From assembly GCA_031375485.1 (NCBI GenBank), contig JANMHX010000328.1, positions 64,008 to 128,007 on the forward strand: a stretch of 64,000 nucleotides of DNA, read 5' to 3'. The position numbers and the translations under genes were made by a program. Shown here piece after piece: positions 35,506 through 45,266 of the stretch (the stretch's first letter is position 1; each line of letters starts with the position of its first letter). The stretch comes from Gemmatimonadota bacterium (GTDB lineage: Bacteria; Gemmatimonadota; Gemmatimonadetes; Gemmatimonadales; GWC2-71-9). The notes under the pieces are model-generated. The model did no database searches. It worked only from the letters and a program-made list of their open reading frames with translations, and was not told the origin of the DNA.

Positions 35506-37242
35506 GTGAACGTGACCAAACTGGAACCGACGGACCTCTCTCGCCGGACCCTTCTGCTGTCGATGGCAGGTGCCGCGACCTTGCGCTGGCCGAGTTCTCT
35601 TTGGCAGGATGCCCCCGCCGATCTGATCCTCCATGACGGCGACATCCATCTCGTCGACCGTGCCTTTCGCCGGGTCGAGGCAATCGCCCTCGGTGGCGGT
35701 CGAGTCCTGGCGGCGGGCGCAACGGCGGAGGTCAGGCGCCGGGCCGGCCCTCGGACCGCATCGGTCAACCTTCGGGGCCGGACCGTCCTGCCCGGCGCCA
35801 ACGACACCCATCTCCACGGACTCCTCTGGGGCTACGCTCAACCACCGTTCACGGTCGACGTGAGCTATCCGACCGTCCGCTCGATCGCCGACGTCCTCGA
35901 ACGGGTTCGGCAGGCCGCCGCCTCGCGCGCGCCGGGCCAGTGGATCCAGGGCAACGGCTGGGATCAACGGTACTTCGCCGAGGGCCGCGCGCCGACCCGG
36001 CAGGATCTCGACCGGGTCGCTCCCGACCATCCGGTGGTGCTGAACGAGTTCTCGTTCCACGCGGTCTGGGCCAACTCGAAGGCGCTGGCGCTGGCCGGCA
36101 TTACCCGAGAAACCGTGCCGGCGAGCCCGGGAGGGATCGTGAAAGACGCCGCGGGCGACCCGACCGGGGTGTTGCTGGAGGAGACGTCGGCCCTGGTGCG
36201 GCGGGTCATTCCGCCCTACTCGGCGGCCGAGCGCCGCCAGGGCTTCGACAATGCCATGGCCCTGATCGCCTCGAACGGCATTACCAGCTACACCGATCCA
36301 CTGGTCGATGCCGAGGGCGTCGCGCTCTACGCCGAGATGGCGGCGGCCGGCAAGCTCAAAGGCCGGGTCACGATGCTGCTCGGCGGCGGCCGATCCCTGG
36401 CGGATCTCCGGGCAGCGTTAGGCGGGCTCCGGCTCCCCGCCGCGATGGACCCGCGCTGGTGCCGGATGGCCGGCGTCAAGATCGTGGCGGACGGGATCCC
36501 CACCAACAACAAGACCGCCTGGTTGCATCAGCCCTACGAGGGCGGCGGCAACGGGTCGCTCCTCGTCGGTGATGGGCGCGACGCGGAACGGGTGGCCGAA
36601 CTCGAGGCCATGATCGGGCTGGCCCACGAATCAGGGTGGCAAGTCGGGACCCATGCCACCGGCGACCGGACGATTGATGTGACGGTGGAGGCCTACGCCA
36701 ACGCCTTGGCCAAGAAGCCGGACCGGAACCGGCGCCATTACCTGATCCACGCGGACTTGGTGTCGCCCGCCACCCTTCGGCGGATGGCCCGGCTTGGGAT
36801 CGGTGCCAACTTCAACTCGACGATCAAGTATCTGATTGCCGATGGCCAGGTGGCGAGTCTCGGCGCCGTCCGGGCGGCCTATGAATGGCCCTACCGCACC
36901 GCCCTCCAGTCCAAGGTGATCGTTACGACCGGCTCGGATGCGCCGGTGACCGACGGGAACTGGCGTCAGGGCCTGGCCACCTGCGTGACCAGAAAAGGGA
37001 AGCAAACCGGCGCCGTGTCCGGCCCGGCCGAGTCGATTACCCTCGATCAGGCGATCTGGTCGCACACGGCGGCGGGTGCTTGGCAGGATCATGCCGAGCC
37101 GTGGAAAGGGACCTTGACGCCAGGGATGGCGGCGGACCTCGTGGTGCTTGACGGGGCCATCGGCCGGGTGGTGCCCGACGCGATCGGGGCTATGAAAGCC
37201 GACCTGACGGTCGTGAACGGGGCGGTGGTGTTCGAGCGATAG
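35506..37242 (+). CDS. amidohydrolase family (Amidohydro_3-like) metallohydrolase with Tat signal
   Basis: The start codon is GTG. The Tat-like N-terminus is LSRRTLLLSMAGAATL. It has the LPGANDTHLHG (HxH) metal motif and GSDAPV near the C-terminus. Confidence 0.8.
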   Translation: MNVTKLEPTDLSRRTLLLSMAGAATLRWPSSLWQDAPADLILHDGDIHLVDRAFRRVEAIALGGGRVLAAGATAEVRRRAGPRTASVNLRGRTVLPGANDTHLHGLLWGYAQPPFTVDVSYPTVRSIADVLERVRQAAASRAPGQWIQGNGWDQRYFAEGRAPTRQDLDRVAPDHPVVLNEFSFHAVWANSKALALAGITRETVPASPGGIVKDAAGDPTGVLLEETSALVRRVIPPYSAAERRQGFDNAMALIASNGITSYTDPLVDAEGVALYAEMAAAGKLKGRVTMLLGGGRSLADLRAALGGLRLPAAMDPRWCRMAGVKIVADGIPTNNKTAWLHQPYEGGGNGSLLVGDGRDAERVAELEAMIGLAHESGWQVGTHATGDRTIDVTVEAYANALAKKPDRNRRHYLIHADLVSPATLRRMARLGIGANFNSTIKYLIADGQVASLGAVRAAYEWPYRTALQSKVIVTTGSDAPVTDGNWRQGLATCVTRKGKQTGAVSGPAESITLDQAIWSHTAAGAWQDHAEPWKGTLTPGMAADLVVLDGAIGRVVPDAIGAMKADLTVVNGAVVFER

Positions 37243-37297
37243 CGGGAGAGGACCCGAAGAGAGTCTCGACCTTGCGACCCTGGCCGATGCCGAGGCG

Positions 37298-38353
37298 CTA
37301 CCCCCCGCCGACGGCGACCATGAAGGCGGCCAGCTTGGCCGGATCGAGCCGTCCGTCGGTGCGGACCCGGCTGCAAAGATCGAGGCCCCAAGGCCTTACC
37401 TGATCGACGGCCCGAGCGGCGTTGCTGGCGTCGAGGCCCCCGGCGAGGAACACTGGAATCGAGACCGCCCTCCGAATCGCCGCGCTGACCTCCCAGTCGT
37501 GAACCCGTCCCGTGCCGCCCAGTTCCTTGACGGCGAGGTTTTGGTTCCCCGAATCGAGCAGCAGTCCATCAGCCTCGCCCGAGATGGCGACGGCCTCCGC
37601 CACCGACTCGGGGCCGGTGACATGCACCACCTGAATCAGCGACGCTCCAGGCCGCAGTCGGCGGAGCTCCGGGTACGCTCCCGGTCCGAGCCGGTCACAA
37701 ATCTGAATGGTCGATGTGCCGCACCGCCGGTGCTGCTCGGCGATGCCGGCCGCCGTCTGGATGCTGGTCAGGAGAAACGTGGCCGTGGGCGGCCGCACCT
37801 CTCGAGCAATGGTGGCGATCAACGAGTCCGGGATGATCCCTGGCCCGCTTGGCATTGAGGACACCAACCCGACAGCGCTCGCGCCGGCCCGGACCGCCAG
37901 CTGCGCCTCGGCCACGCTCGCAATGCAACAAATCTTGATCCGCGGTGCGACCGGGGCGGCCGGCCCGGGCTGGTAACGATAGAGCAACAGGCCCCTGCTG
38001 TCGACGAACGGCGAGGTGAGTGAGAATCCGGCCCGGTGCAGCATCCGTCGGACCGGGCGGTCGCCGGGCGACACCCAACCCTGGAGGCCCCGGACCTGCC
38101 CCAAGGGAAGCTGCCGAGCCAGTGCCCCGACCAGCAACGAACCGATTCCCTGCCCCCGGCGAGCCGGATCGACGACGACCGTGAAACTGGCATCGCCATC
38201 GCCATCCGAGCGGACCTTCGCGTAGGCGACCAGCGTGTCGTCAGCCCACCCGCCCCACGCGGCGCCGCCGGGAGCGGTGACCGGTCGAAGCCAAGCGCTG
38301 TCAGCTGGCACATCACTTGGTTCGATCGGCCGCAGTGCAAGCGTCGGGGTCAT
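37298..38353 (-). CDS. fusion protein: N-terminal GNAT acetyltransferase domain + C-terminal phosphoribosylanthranilate isomerase (TrpF) domain
   Basis: The GNAT motif A is RRGQGIGSLLVGAL. The TrpF motifs are RIKICCI, LLLDSG and GGTGRVHDW...VFLAGGL. The start was set at the internal ATG at 38353. Confidence 0.7.
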   Translation of the reverse strand: MTPTLALRPIEPSDVPADSAWLRPVTAPGGAAWGGWADDTLVAYAKVRSDGDGDASFTVVVDPARRGQGIGSLLVGALARQLPLGQVRGLQGWVSPGDRPVRRMLHRAGFSLTSPFVDSRGLLLYRYQPGPAAPVAPRIKICCIASVAEAQLAVRAGASAVGLVSSMPSGPGIIPDSLIATIAREVRPPTATFLLTSIQTAAGIAEQHRRCGTSTIQICDRLGPGAYPELRRLRPGASLIQVVHVTGPESVAEAVAISGEADGLLLDSGNQNLAVKELGGTGRVHDWEVSAAIRRAVSIPVFLAGGLDASNAARAVDQVRPWGLDLCSRVRTDGRLDPAKLAAFMVAVGGG

Positions 38354-38459
38354 CGTGATGTTACTCCGGAGTTCTTGCCCGAATTGGTGCCGAAGGTTAT
38401 CGTAGCCCTCAATCCAAATCCACTGTCCCGTCCACCGTTCGTTCGGAGGCCCAAATATC

Positions 38460-41400
38460 ATGAGGCGAAACGTTGGTTTCACGGTGGTTGCCGTCGGGGC
38501 GCTGGTGCTAGCCTCCGGACCAGCGGCCGCTCAAACCCAGGCGTCGACCGGTCTCGTTCGAGGTGTTGTCCGCGACTCGGCCGGGACACCGGTCGTCGGG
38601 GCGACGGTGGTTCTCAAGAATCTGGAGACCAACAGCGATCGAACCCACGTCAGTAACGCGGCCGGTACCTACGTCGCGGCCCTCCTGCGGGTCGGAACCT
38701 ACGACGTCACGGTCCGCGCCATCGGCTATTCGCCCGAACGGCGCACCGGCGTGGTCGTTCGGCTCGGTGAGTCGACGGTGATCGACTTCGTTCTGGCGAA
38801 ACAAGCGGTCCAGCTTCAGGAAATCACCGTCCGGAGCGCCGCGCCGATCGTGGAGCAGTCCAAGACGTCGGCGGCCATCCGGCTCGATTCAGCGGTGGTC
38901 CAGGGGCTCCCGAACAACGGCCGGAATTTCCTCAGCTTGACCACCCTGACGCCGAACGTAGCCATCGTGCAGGGGCCGGACGGCGATGAAATTTCGATCG
39001 GCGGCCAACGCGGGATCCACAACAACGTGTCGGTCGACGGCGCCGACTTCAATAACCCGTTCTTCGGCGAGCAACGGGGCGGCCAGCGGCCTGCCTTCAC
39101 CTTCAACCTCGACGCCATTCAGGACATGGTCGTGGTTTCCCAAGGAGCCAGCGCCGAGTTCGGCCGGTCGGGCGGTGGGTTCGTGAACGTCATCACCAAG
39201 TCGGGCACCAACCAGTTCAAGGGCACCGCCCACTACTTTGGGAAATACGACGCCCTGTCAGGCGACTTCTCCCACACCTCGCCCACCGGGACCACGGGGT
39301 TCGCCCCCGACTACCGCCAACATCAGTTCGGATTCACGTTCGGAGGACCTCTCAAGCGCGACCGGGCCTTCTTCTTCGTCGCCTACGACCAGCAGGTGTA
39401 CCGCGAGACCAAGCAGACCACTCGCTTGGCGTCGATCGATGCGGGACTCCGAGCGTTCGTTGATACCGCCTTTTCGGGCGCTCTGAAGAACGACTTTGGT
39501 CCGATCGAGCGGACCAACGACGGCAACGCCCTCCTCGCCAAGATCGATGTCAAGCTGAACAACAAGAACTCCCTGTCGCTCAAGTACAACTACACCAATT
39601 CACGCCAGGAGAACGGCACGTTCGACGTCGACATTTGGGGTCGCAGCGCCAACGGCCTCGAGCGCGACTATTCCCACGCGGTCAACGGGAGCTTGGTGTC
39701 CCAGTTGTCGTCGTCGGCCTTCAATGAGTTCCGGTTCCAATGGTCGCGTGAAGATCGGCCCCGCCCCTACGAAGGCCCCAGGAATCCGCGGACCAGCCGG
39801 CCCTTCCCCGACACCGACATCTCCTTCACGGGTTACCGGATCGGCCAGCCGTTCTTCCTGCCGGTGACCGCGCACGACACCAGGTTCCAAGTCCTCAACA
39901 ACATTTCATACGCCACCGGGAACCACCTCTTCAAACTGGGAGGGGAGTGGAACCGAACTGAGGCCAACCAGACGTTCGTCGGGTTTGGCAACGGGCGGAT
40001 GGCTTTTAGTTCAGTGTCCGGCTTCCTGAATTACGTCAGGTTCGGCAACGGCTACGTCGAGTGTGCCAACAACACGACGAGCACCAGCGGCGCCTGCCCG
40101 AGCGGGGTCGACATTACCGGTCCCGTGGTGCTCTACCTCCAGCAAGCCGGTGTCAACGGCCTGACGGTGGAGCAGTCCGGAACCCAGTCGATTCCCCAAC
40201 AGGAGTTGGCGCTGTTCATCCAGGATAGCTGGAAACCGAACCAGCGCCTGACGGTGGACTACGGGGTTCGGTGGGAGGCCCAGATCCAGCCGTTTCCGAT
40301 CACCGATCCGAAGGACGTGTTCTTCGCCCCGCTCATCGGGAAGTCAGTGACCAATTCGACCGGGACCTATCGGTTCCCGTCCAACGGCAAGGTGCCGTCC
40401 GACTGGAACATGTTCCAGCCGCGGCTCGGGATCGCGTGGGACAAGTCGGGTGACGGGAAGCAGGTGTTCAGGGCGAGCGCAGGATTGTACTACGCCCGGA
40501 TTCCGGGGCTCAACTTGGCCAGCAGCCGCAGTACCAACGGCTCGCGGGGGCAGACGATCTTCAGGAACAGCGGTCTGATCCCGATCCTGGGCCGTCCGCC
40601 CGCCTACGGCGACCTGTTACCCTCGCCCAGCGGCGCGCCGTTCCAGCCGGGCGTCTTCGTGTTCGACGAGAATTTCAAAAACCCGCGGACCCTCTCAGCG
40701 TCGGTTTCCTACGATCAAGAAGTCGGGGCGGGTGTCGCGCTCTCATTCGCCTATACCCATGCCAGCACGGACAATCTGACCCGGTTCGTCAATCGGAATG
40801 ATGCCGTGTTCGGCAAGCCGTGGGCTACCGGACTGCCGAATGGGAACGGGATCGGCGACCTCACCACGATCGAGGCCACCGCCAAGTCCCGCTATAACGG
40901 CTTTACCCTCGGGATGCGCCGGATGACCAATCCGGACTTCCAGTTCCAGTTCAATTACACCCTTTCGTTTGACAAAGCGGATGACGATAACGAACGCGAT
41001 CCCTTCAGCTTCCGGTACGCCCGGGCCGACAAACTGGGCCCGGAGTACAACTGGAGTGATCGCGACCAACGGCACCGCTTCAACGGCTGGCTTTTGGCCA
41101 AGGTCCCCGGCAAGATCTACCTCAATAACCGGGTGAGCGTCTTCTCGGCCCAACCGACCTCGGAGAAGTGCGGCACCAACAACCAGGGTACCGGTGCCCG
41201 GGCGGTCGGTGCCGGCGAGCGAATCTGCCCGAACGGAACCATTCTCAAGCGCAATACGATTCGCAAAGACAACGCGTCGTTCAATTGGGACGTGAGGGCG
41301 TCGCGGCCCTTTAGTGTCGGCAAGGGGCAGATGATTGAGGCCGTACTCGAGGTCTTCAACTTGACCAATGCCGACAACTTCAAGGACCCCTCGGCGGGCG

Positions 41401-41486
41401 GGTTGTTCCTCAACTTCGACGGGACCATCCGGAGCGGGTTGAGCGAACCCCGGCAGATGCAACTCGGCCTTCGCTACGTGTTCTAG
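38460..41486 (+). CDS. TonB-dependent receptor-like outer-membrane protein with carboxypeptidase-regulatory-like domain
   Basis: GGAGG lies 11 nt upstream of the ATG. It has a signal peptide ending AAAQ and the segment GLVRGVVRDSAGTPVVGATVVLKN. The C-terminus ends ...QLGLRYVF. Confidence 0.85.
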   Translation: MRRNVGFTVVAVGALVLASGPAAAQTQASTGLVRGVVRDSAGTPVVGATVVLKNLETNSDRTHVSNAAGTYVAALLRVGTYDVTVRAIGYSPERRTGVVVRLGESTVIDFVLAKQAVQLQEITVRSAAPIVEQSKTSAAIRLDSAVVQGLPNNGRNFLSLTTLTPNVAIVQGPDGDEISIGGQRGIHNNVSVDGADFNNPFFGEQRGGQRPAFTFNLDAIQDMVVVSQGASAEFGRSGGGFVNVITKSGTNQFKGTAHYFGKYDALSGDFSHTSPTGTTGFAPDYRQHQFGFTFGGPLKRDRAFFFVAYDQQVYRETKQTTRLASIDAGLRAFVDTAFSGALKNDFGPIERTNDGNALLAKIDVKLNNKNSLSLKYNYTNSRQENGTFDVDIWGRSANGLERDYSHAVNGSLVSQLSSSAFNEFRFQWSREDRPRPYEGPRNPRTSRPFPDTDISFTGYRIGQPFFLPVTAHDTRFQVLNNISYATGNHLFKLGGEWNRTEANQTFVGFGNGRMAFSSVSGFLNYVRFGNGYVECANNTTSTSGACPSGVDITGPVVLYLQQAGVNGLTVEQSGTQSIPQQELALFIQDSWKPNQRLTVDYGVRWEAQIQPFPITDPKDVFFAPLIGKSVTNSTGTYRFPSNGKVPSDWNMFQPRLGIAWDKSGDGKQVFRASAGLYYARIPGLNLASSRSTNGSRGQTIFRNSGLIPILGRPPAYGDLLPSPSGAPFQPGVFVFDENFKNPRTLSASVSYDQEVGAGVALSFAYTHASTDNLTRFVNRNDAVFGKPWATGLPNGNGIGDLTTIEATAKSRYNGFTLGMRRMTNPDFQFQFNYTLSFDKADDDNERDPFSFRYARADKLGPEYNWSDRDQRHRFNGWLLAKVPGKIYLNNRVSVFSAQPTSEKCGTNNQGTGARAVGAGERICPNGTILKRNTIRKDNASFNWDVRASRPFSVGKGQMIEAVLEVFNLTNADNFKDPSAGGLFLNFDGTIRSGLSEPRQMQLGLRYVF

Positions 41487-41488
41487 GG

Positions 41489-42370
41489 TCAGACCATCAG
41501 GGCCCGGCTCTGGAGGCAAGGGACCGCCAGGGCCGGGTCGCCTCGCACGGCCGCCGCGGGGTCGGGCCCCCGCGGCCGGCGGGCCGAGTACCACAGCCGC
41601 CAGGCCTCTTCGTCGGTCAGCGTTACCTCCGTCGTGGCGGCGTTGCCATCCTCGGACGTTAGGCGCCACTGGTCCGGTTGCTTGACCAGCGTCCAACGGC
41701 CGCCGGCCGGGCCGGTCACCGTCACGGCGACTCGGGTTCCGGATGGTGCCTCGACCGCCCCGTAGTTCGCCGGCAAGGCCAGGGCGCCGAGGCTGATGAC
41801 CGGCACCAGCCAGTGGCGGCCGGTCAGCAGGGGCGCTCCGACCGCCGACCGGATTTGCTGTTGATGGTGCCAACGCTCGGTGTATTCGCGGCCCACGTCC
41901 ATCCAGTGACGCGACACCGATTCCCCTGCCCATGCCACCGGCCAACGTGCCTCGCCGTCGGGCGGAAGGCCAACGAGGAACTCGGCCATTTCGGGACCGA
42001 ACCGCTCCAGCATTGCCATCAGTACGTCCGGACTGAGGCGGTCCGTGGCCACGATCCAATCGGCGTTCAGCCGGTTGAGGAAATCGAGCAATGCTGGTCC
42101 CGAATCGATCGGCGGCGGGGGCGGTACATGCCCATCGCGGTGAAGCGAGATCCGTCGCAGCATGGTGTCCACCAAATGGGCCGCCACTCGGCGGACCGAC
42201 CAGCCGGGGGCGTCGGTGCCGCGGGCCCAGTCGGCAGGCGTCAGTCCACGGAGCAGGGCCATCAGTTCGTGATGGAGGGGAAGGAGGAGATGCCCCGTCA
42301 GAATGGGGGACGGCGGGGGACTCGAGGCGGCGCCGGCCGCCTCTGACGGGTCGCTGTTGAGTCCGCTCAT
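41489..42370 (-). CDS. DinB / maleylpyruvate-isomerase-N-terminal-like (MDMPI_N-type) metal-binding protein
   Basis: WSVRRVAAHLVDT... is the typical DinB-fold histidine context. The start has an ATGA overlap with the upstream DUF2164 gene stop. Confidence 0.5.
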   Translation of the reverse strand: MSGLNSDPSEAAGAASSPPPSPILTGHLLLPLHHELMALLRGLTPADWARGTDAPGWSVRRVAAHLVDTMLRRISLHRDGHVPPPPPIDSGPALLDFLNRLNADWIVATDRLSPDVLMAMLERFGPEMAEFLVGLPPDGEARWPVAWAGESVSRHWMDVGREYTERWHHQQQIRSAVGAPLLTGRHWLVPVISLGALALPANYGAVEAPSGTRVAVTVTGPAGGRWTLVKQPDQWRLTSEDGNAATTEVTLTDEEAWRLWYSARRPRGPDPAAAVRGDPALAVPCLQSRALMV

Positions 42371-42636
42371 TTCCGCCGGACCGACGAACCCTTCGGCCAG
42401 TAAACGAACTCCGGCTCGTAGCAGGTACCTTCGAGATCGGCGAGCCGGTCCCGGAGGAACGCCTGGGCATCGGCCACCCCAGAGTTGTAAACCGATGGGC
42501 CGATCTCCTTGAGGAAGAACTCGAGCAGCCCGGCCGCCTCGAGCTGACTCACCTCGGCATCGAGGTTCTCCGCGCAGTACCGTTCGATCGAGGCCACGGC
42601 CTGTTTCCGGTTGTCATCCCGAAGGGCGATGGTCAT
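42367..42636 (-). CDS. DUF2164-like small protein
   Basis: The ATG at 42636 is preceded by GGAGG. At 89 aa, it resembles DUF2164 (LLEFFLKEIGPSVYNSGVADAQ). Confidence 0.55.
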   Translation of the reverse strand: MTIALRDDNRKQAVASIERYCAENLDAEVSQLEAAGLLEFFLKEIGPSVYNSGVADAQAFLRDRLADLEGTCYEPEFVYWPKGSSVRRK

Positions 42637-42736
42637 CCCGGTCCTCCAAAACGGTCGAAGTGTGGTCGGTGACAAACCGGGTCCAGCAAGGGTATCCGCC
42701 GGTCGGGATCAACCCGGGTAATTTCCCAGGAGCAAT

Positions 42737-43126
42737 ATGGCGAAACGGTTTGGCGGACTCTGGCTCTTGACCGGTTGTCTGTTGGGGGGATGTGTCCCCC
42801 CAACCGACCCGAACGTTCCCGACGGCATTCCGAGTTGGCTCCAAGCCCGGATCGACCAGCTCGTCTCCGAGCCGGTTTCCGACCCGCCCTCGTCCGTGAT
42901 TCTCTTCCTCTATAAACGAGCGCCCGTCTACTACTTCCCCGCGAGATTCCGGTGCTGCGACGCCGCCAGTGAGTTGTTCAGCGCCGCCGGCGCCCGGCTC
43001 TGCGCCCCAGACGGCGGCATTACCGGCTCGGGGGACGGCGGTTGTCCCGATTTTGGCGCGACGGCCAAGCGGGTGCGGGTGGTCTGGGTCGACCGGCGCC
43101 CCGCCTCGTCGGCCGGCGATCGCTAA
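42737..43126 (+). CDS. hypothetical Cys-rich lipoprotein
   Basis: The signal is MAKRFGGLWLLTGCLLGGC. Several conserved-looking Cys residues are present (RFRCCDAASE..., RLCAPDGG..., GGCPDF). Confidence 0.55.
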   Translation: MAKRFGGLWLLTGCLLGGCVPPTDPNVPDGIPSWLQARIDQLVSEPVSDPPSSVILFLYKRAPVYYFPARFRCCDAASELFSAAGARLCAPDGGITGSGDGGCPDFGATAKRVRVVWVDRRPASSAGDR

Positions 43127-45087
43127 CCGGCGCGGCCCGGTGCCTCGACCTCCGATTGCCGCGCCACCCAGGCGTAGCATCCGGCGATCAGCGCCGCGAA
43201 CAGGGCCGCTCCTACCCACCGCGAGGCATTTGCGAATTCCGCCCCGACCAATCCGAGCGGCGCCGGGTTGTTCGTGGCGACGATCAAGCCGGCGTTGAGC
43301 ACGCCGAGGAGACTCTCGCCGACAATCAAGCCGGAGGCGAGCAGCACCCCAAACCGGAGCGCCATGTCGGCATTGCCCCGCCGCCCCATGGCCCGATTGT
43401 AAAACCACCCGATCACCGCGCCGAGCACCACCGGCTGGGTGGCATCCATCGGAAGATAGATCCCGATCCCGATCGCCAGCGGTGACAACCGGAGCAGTTT
43501 GAACACTCCGAGTAACTCGTCGACGAAGATGGCGGCGAGCCCCACCAAGGCCCCGATCCCGATCAGGTTCCAGTCGAGTTCCGCGTTGAGGACCCCGCGC
43601 GCCAAGGTCGAGATCAAGGCGGCTTGCGGGGCCGGCAACGGATCAGCGGTAATGGCCGAGCGGTTGGGGTCGCCGGGGAACCCATAAGCCTGATTCAGGA
43701 GGTCGAGGATCGGGGGGATGACGAGGGAGCCGGCAATGACGCCCACGATCAATGCCACCTGTTGCCGCCAGGGGGTGGCCCCGACCAGTTGACCGGTCTT
43801 CAAGTCCTGGAGATTGTCGTTCGAAATCGTGGCGATCGAAAACACGATCGCGACGGCAAACAGGGCAAAGGCCACCAGCGCATTGGTGGCGCTTCCACCT
43901 AACGCCGGCTGCACGAATACGGCCAAGAGCAGCGCCGCCGACACCGTGGCCAGGATGCCGATGCCCGACACGGGACTGTTCGAGGCCCCGATCAACCCCG
44001 CCATGTAGCCCGCCACCGTGGCCACGAACGCGCCCATCAAGAGCGTGAAGAGCACCCCGGTCACCACCAGCGGCCACTTGAGCGGACTCAGCGGCCCCGT
44101 TCCGATGAAATCGGCAAACAGCCAGCCGATCAGCACCAAGCAGCCCAGGCTCAGTCCGCCGATCAGGTTGAGCGGCAGATCCCGATCGTCCGTGGCGCCG
44201 GTCTTGGCCGCCGCACCCGCCCGGGCGGTCGCGATGATCCCCGTGGCCACCGGGCGGATCAATCTCAGCAGGCTCCAAATCGCCGCGACCCCGATCGTGC
44301 CGGCGCCGATGAACCGGACCTGGGTCCGCCACACCGTCATGGCCACTTCGGCTGCCGGCCCGTCAATGCCCGCGCTCAACAGCGGGGTGGCCACCCCCCA
44401 GGCGATCAGGAGTCCGGTGAGCATGGCCATGCCCACCGAGATCCCGACCAAGTGTCCCGCCCCGAGCAGCGCCAAACTGAAGCCGAGGTTGAAGCCCGTC
44501 GCGCCCGTCCCGATCCGGAAATAGTTGGCCAAGTTGGCCGCCGCGACCCCGGTGGCCGCCACGATCTGGGCCCCCGCCGCGACCAGCGCGCCGACCAGGA
44601 CGATCAGCGGACCGCGCTTCCGTTCGACGGCATTGGGGGAGGCTTCATCCCCGGTGGCTCCCACCTTGAGCACTTCGGCCGCGGCGACACCCTCGGGATA
44701 CGGCAGGGGAGAATTGACCACCAGGGCCCGCCGGAGCGGGATCGAAAACAGCACCCCGAGAATCCCGCCCAGAGCGCAAATCGAGAAGGTGACGAGGAAC
44801 GGGAAGCTCCGCCACCACCCCACCATGATCAGCCCGGGGAGCACGAAGATGATCGCCGAAAGCGTCCCTCCAGCGGAGGCCACGGTCTGGACGATGTTGT
44901 TCTCCTTGATCGTCCCGGTCCGGAGCGCCCGGAGGACTCCCATGGAAATCACGGCCGCCGGGATGGAAGAGGCGATCGTCAGGCCGACCCGAAGGCCGAG
45001 ATAGACGTTGGCGGCGGTAAAGACGGCGGCAATGATGGCGCCGAGGATCAGCCCGCGGATCGTGAGTTCGGATTCAGTCTTCGCCAT
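43123..45087 (-). CDS. OPT family oligopeptide transporter
   Basis: A 654-aa polytopic membrane protein. The N-terminus ELTIRGLILGAIIAAVFTAANVYLGLRVGLTIASSIPAAVISMG is characteristic of bacterial OPT-superfamily transporters. Confidence 0.85.
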   Translation of the reverse strand: MAKTESELTIRGLILGAIIAAVFTAANVYLGLRVGLTIASSIPAAVISMGVLRALRTGTIKENNIVQTVASAGGTLSAIIFVLPGLIMVGWWRSFPFLVTFSICALGGILGVLFSIPLRRALVVNSPLPYPEGVAAAEVLKVGATGDEASPNAVERKRGPLIVLVGALVAAGAQIVAATGVAAANLANYFRIGTGATGFNLGFSLALLGAGHLVGISVGMAMLTGLLIAWGVATPLLSAGIDGPAAEVAMTVWRTQVRFIGAGTIGVAAIWSLLRLIRPVATGIIATARAGAAAKTGATDDRDLPLNLIGGLSLGCLVLIGWLFADFIGTGPLSPLKWPLVVTGVLFTLLMGAFVATVAGYMAGLIGASNSPVSGIGILATVSAALLLAVFVQPALGGSATNALVAFALFAVAIVFSIATISNDNLQDLKTGQLVGATPWRQQVALIVGVIAGSLVIPPILDLLNQAYGFPGDPNRSAITADPLPAPQAALISTLARGVLNAELDWNLIGIGALVGLAAIFVDELLGVFKLLRLSPLAIGIGIYLPMDATQPVVLGAVIGWFYNRAMGRRGNADMALRFGVLLASGLIVGESLLGVLNAGLIVATNNPAPLGLVGAEFANASRWVGAALFAALIAGCYAWVARQSEVEAPGRAG

Positions 45088-45266
45088 GAGGCCTCGAGCA
45101 AGGGATGCCGAAGATACTGCCGATTCCGCGCCTCGTCGCCATCCGGCGACAATCCGTCCAAGTTTCAGTCCGGAACATCGCCTCGTTTAGATGAAACCAT
45201 CCGTGGGTGCCATGCGTCCAACTCTGATCCACCGGACACCGGTCATTCAATCGAAAAGGCACCTCT

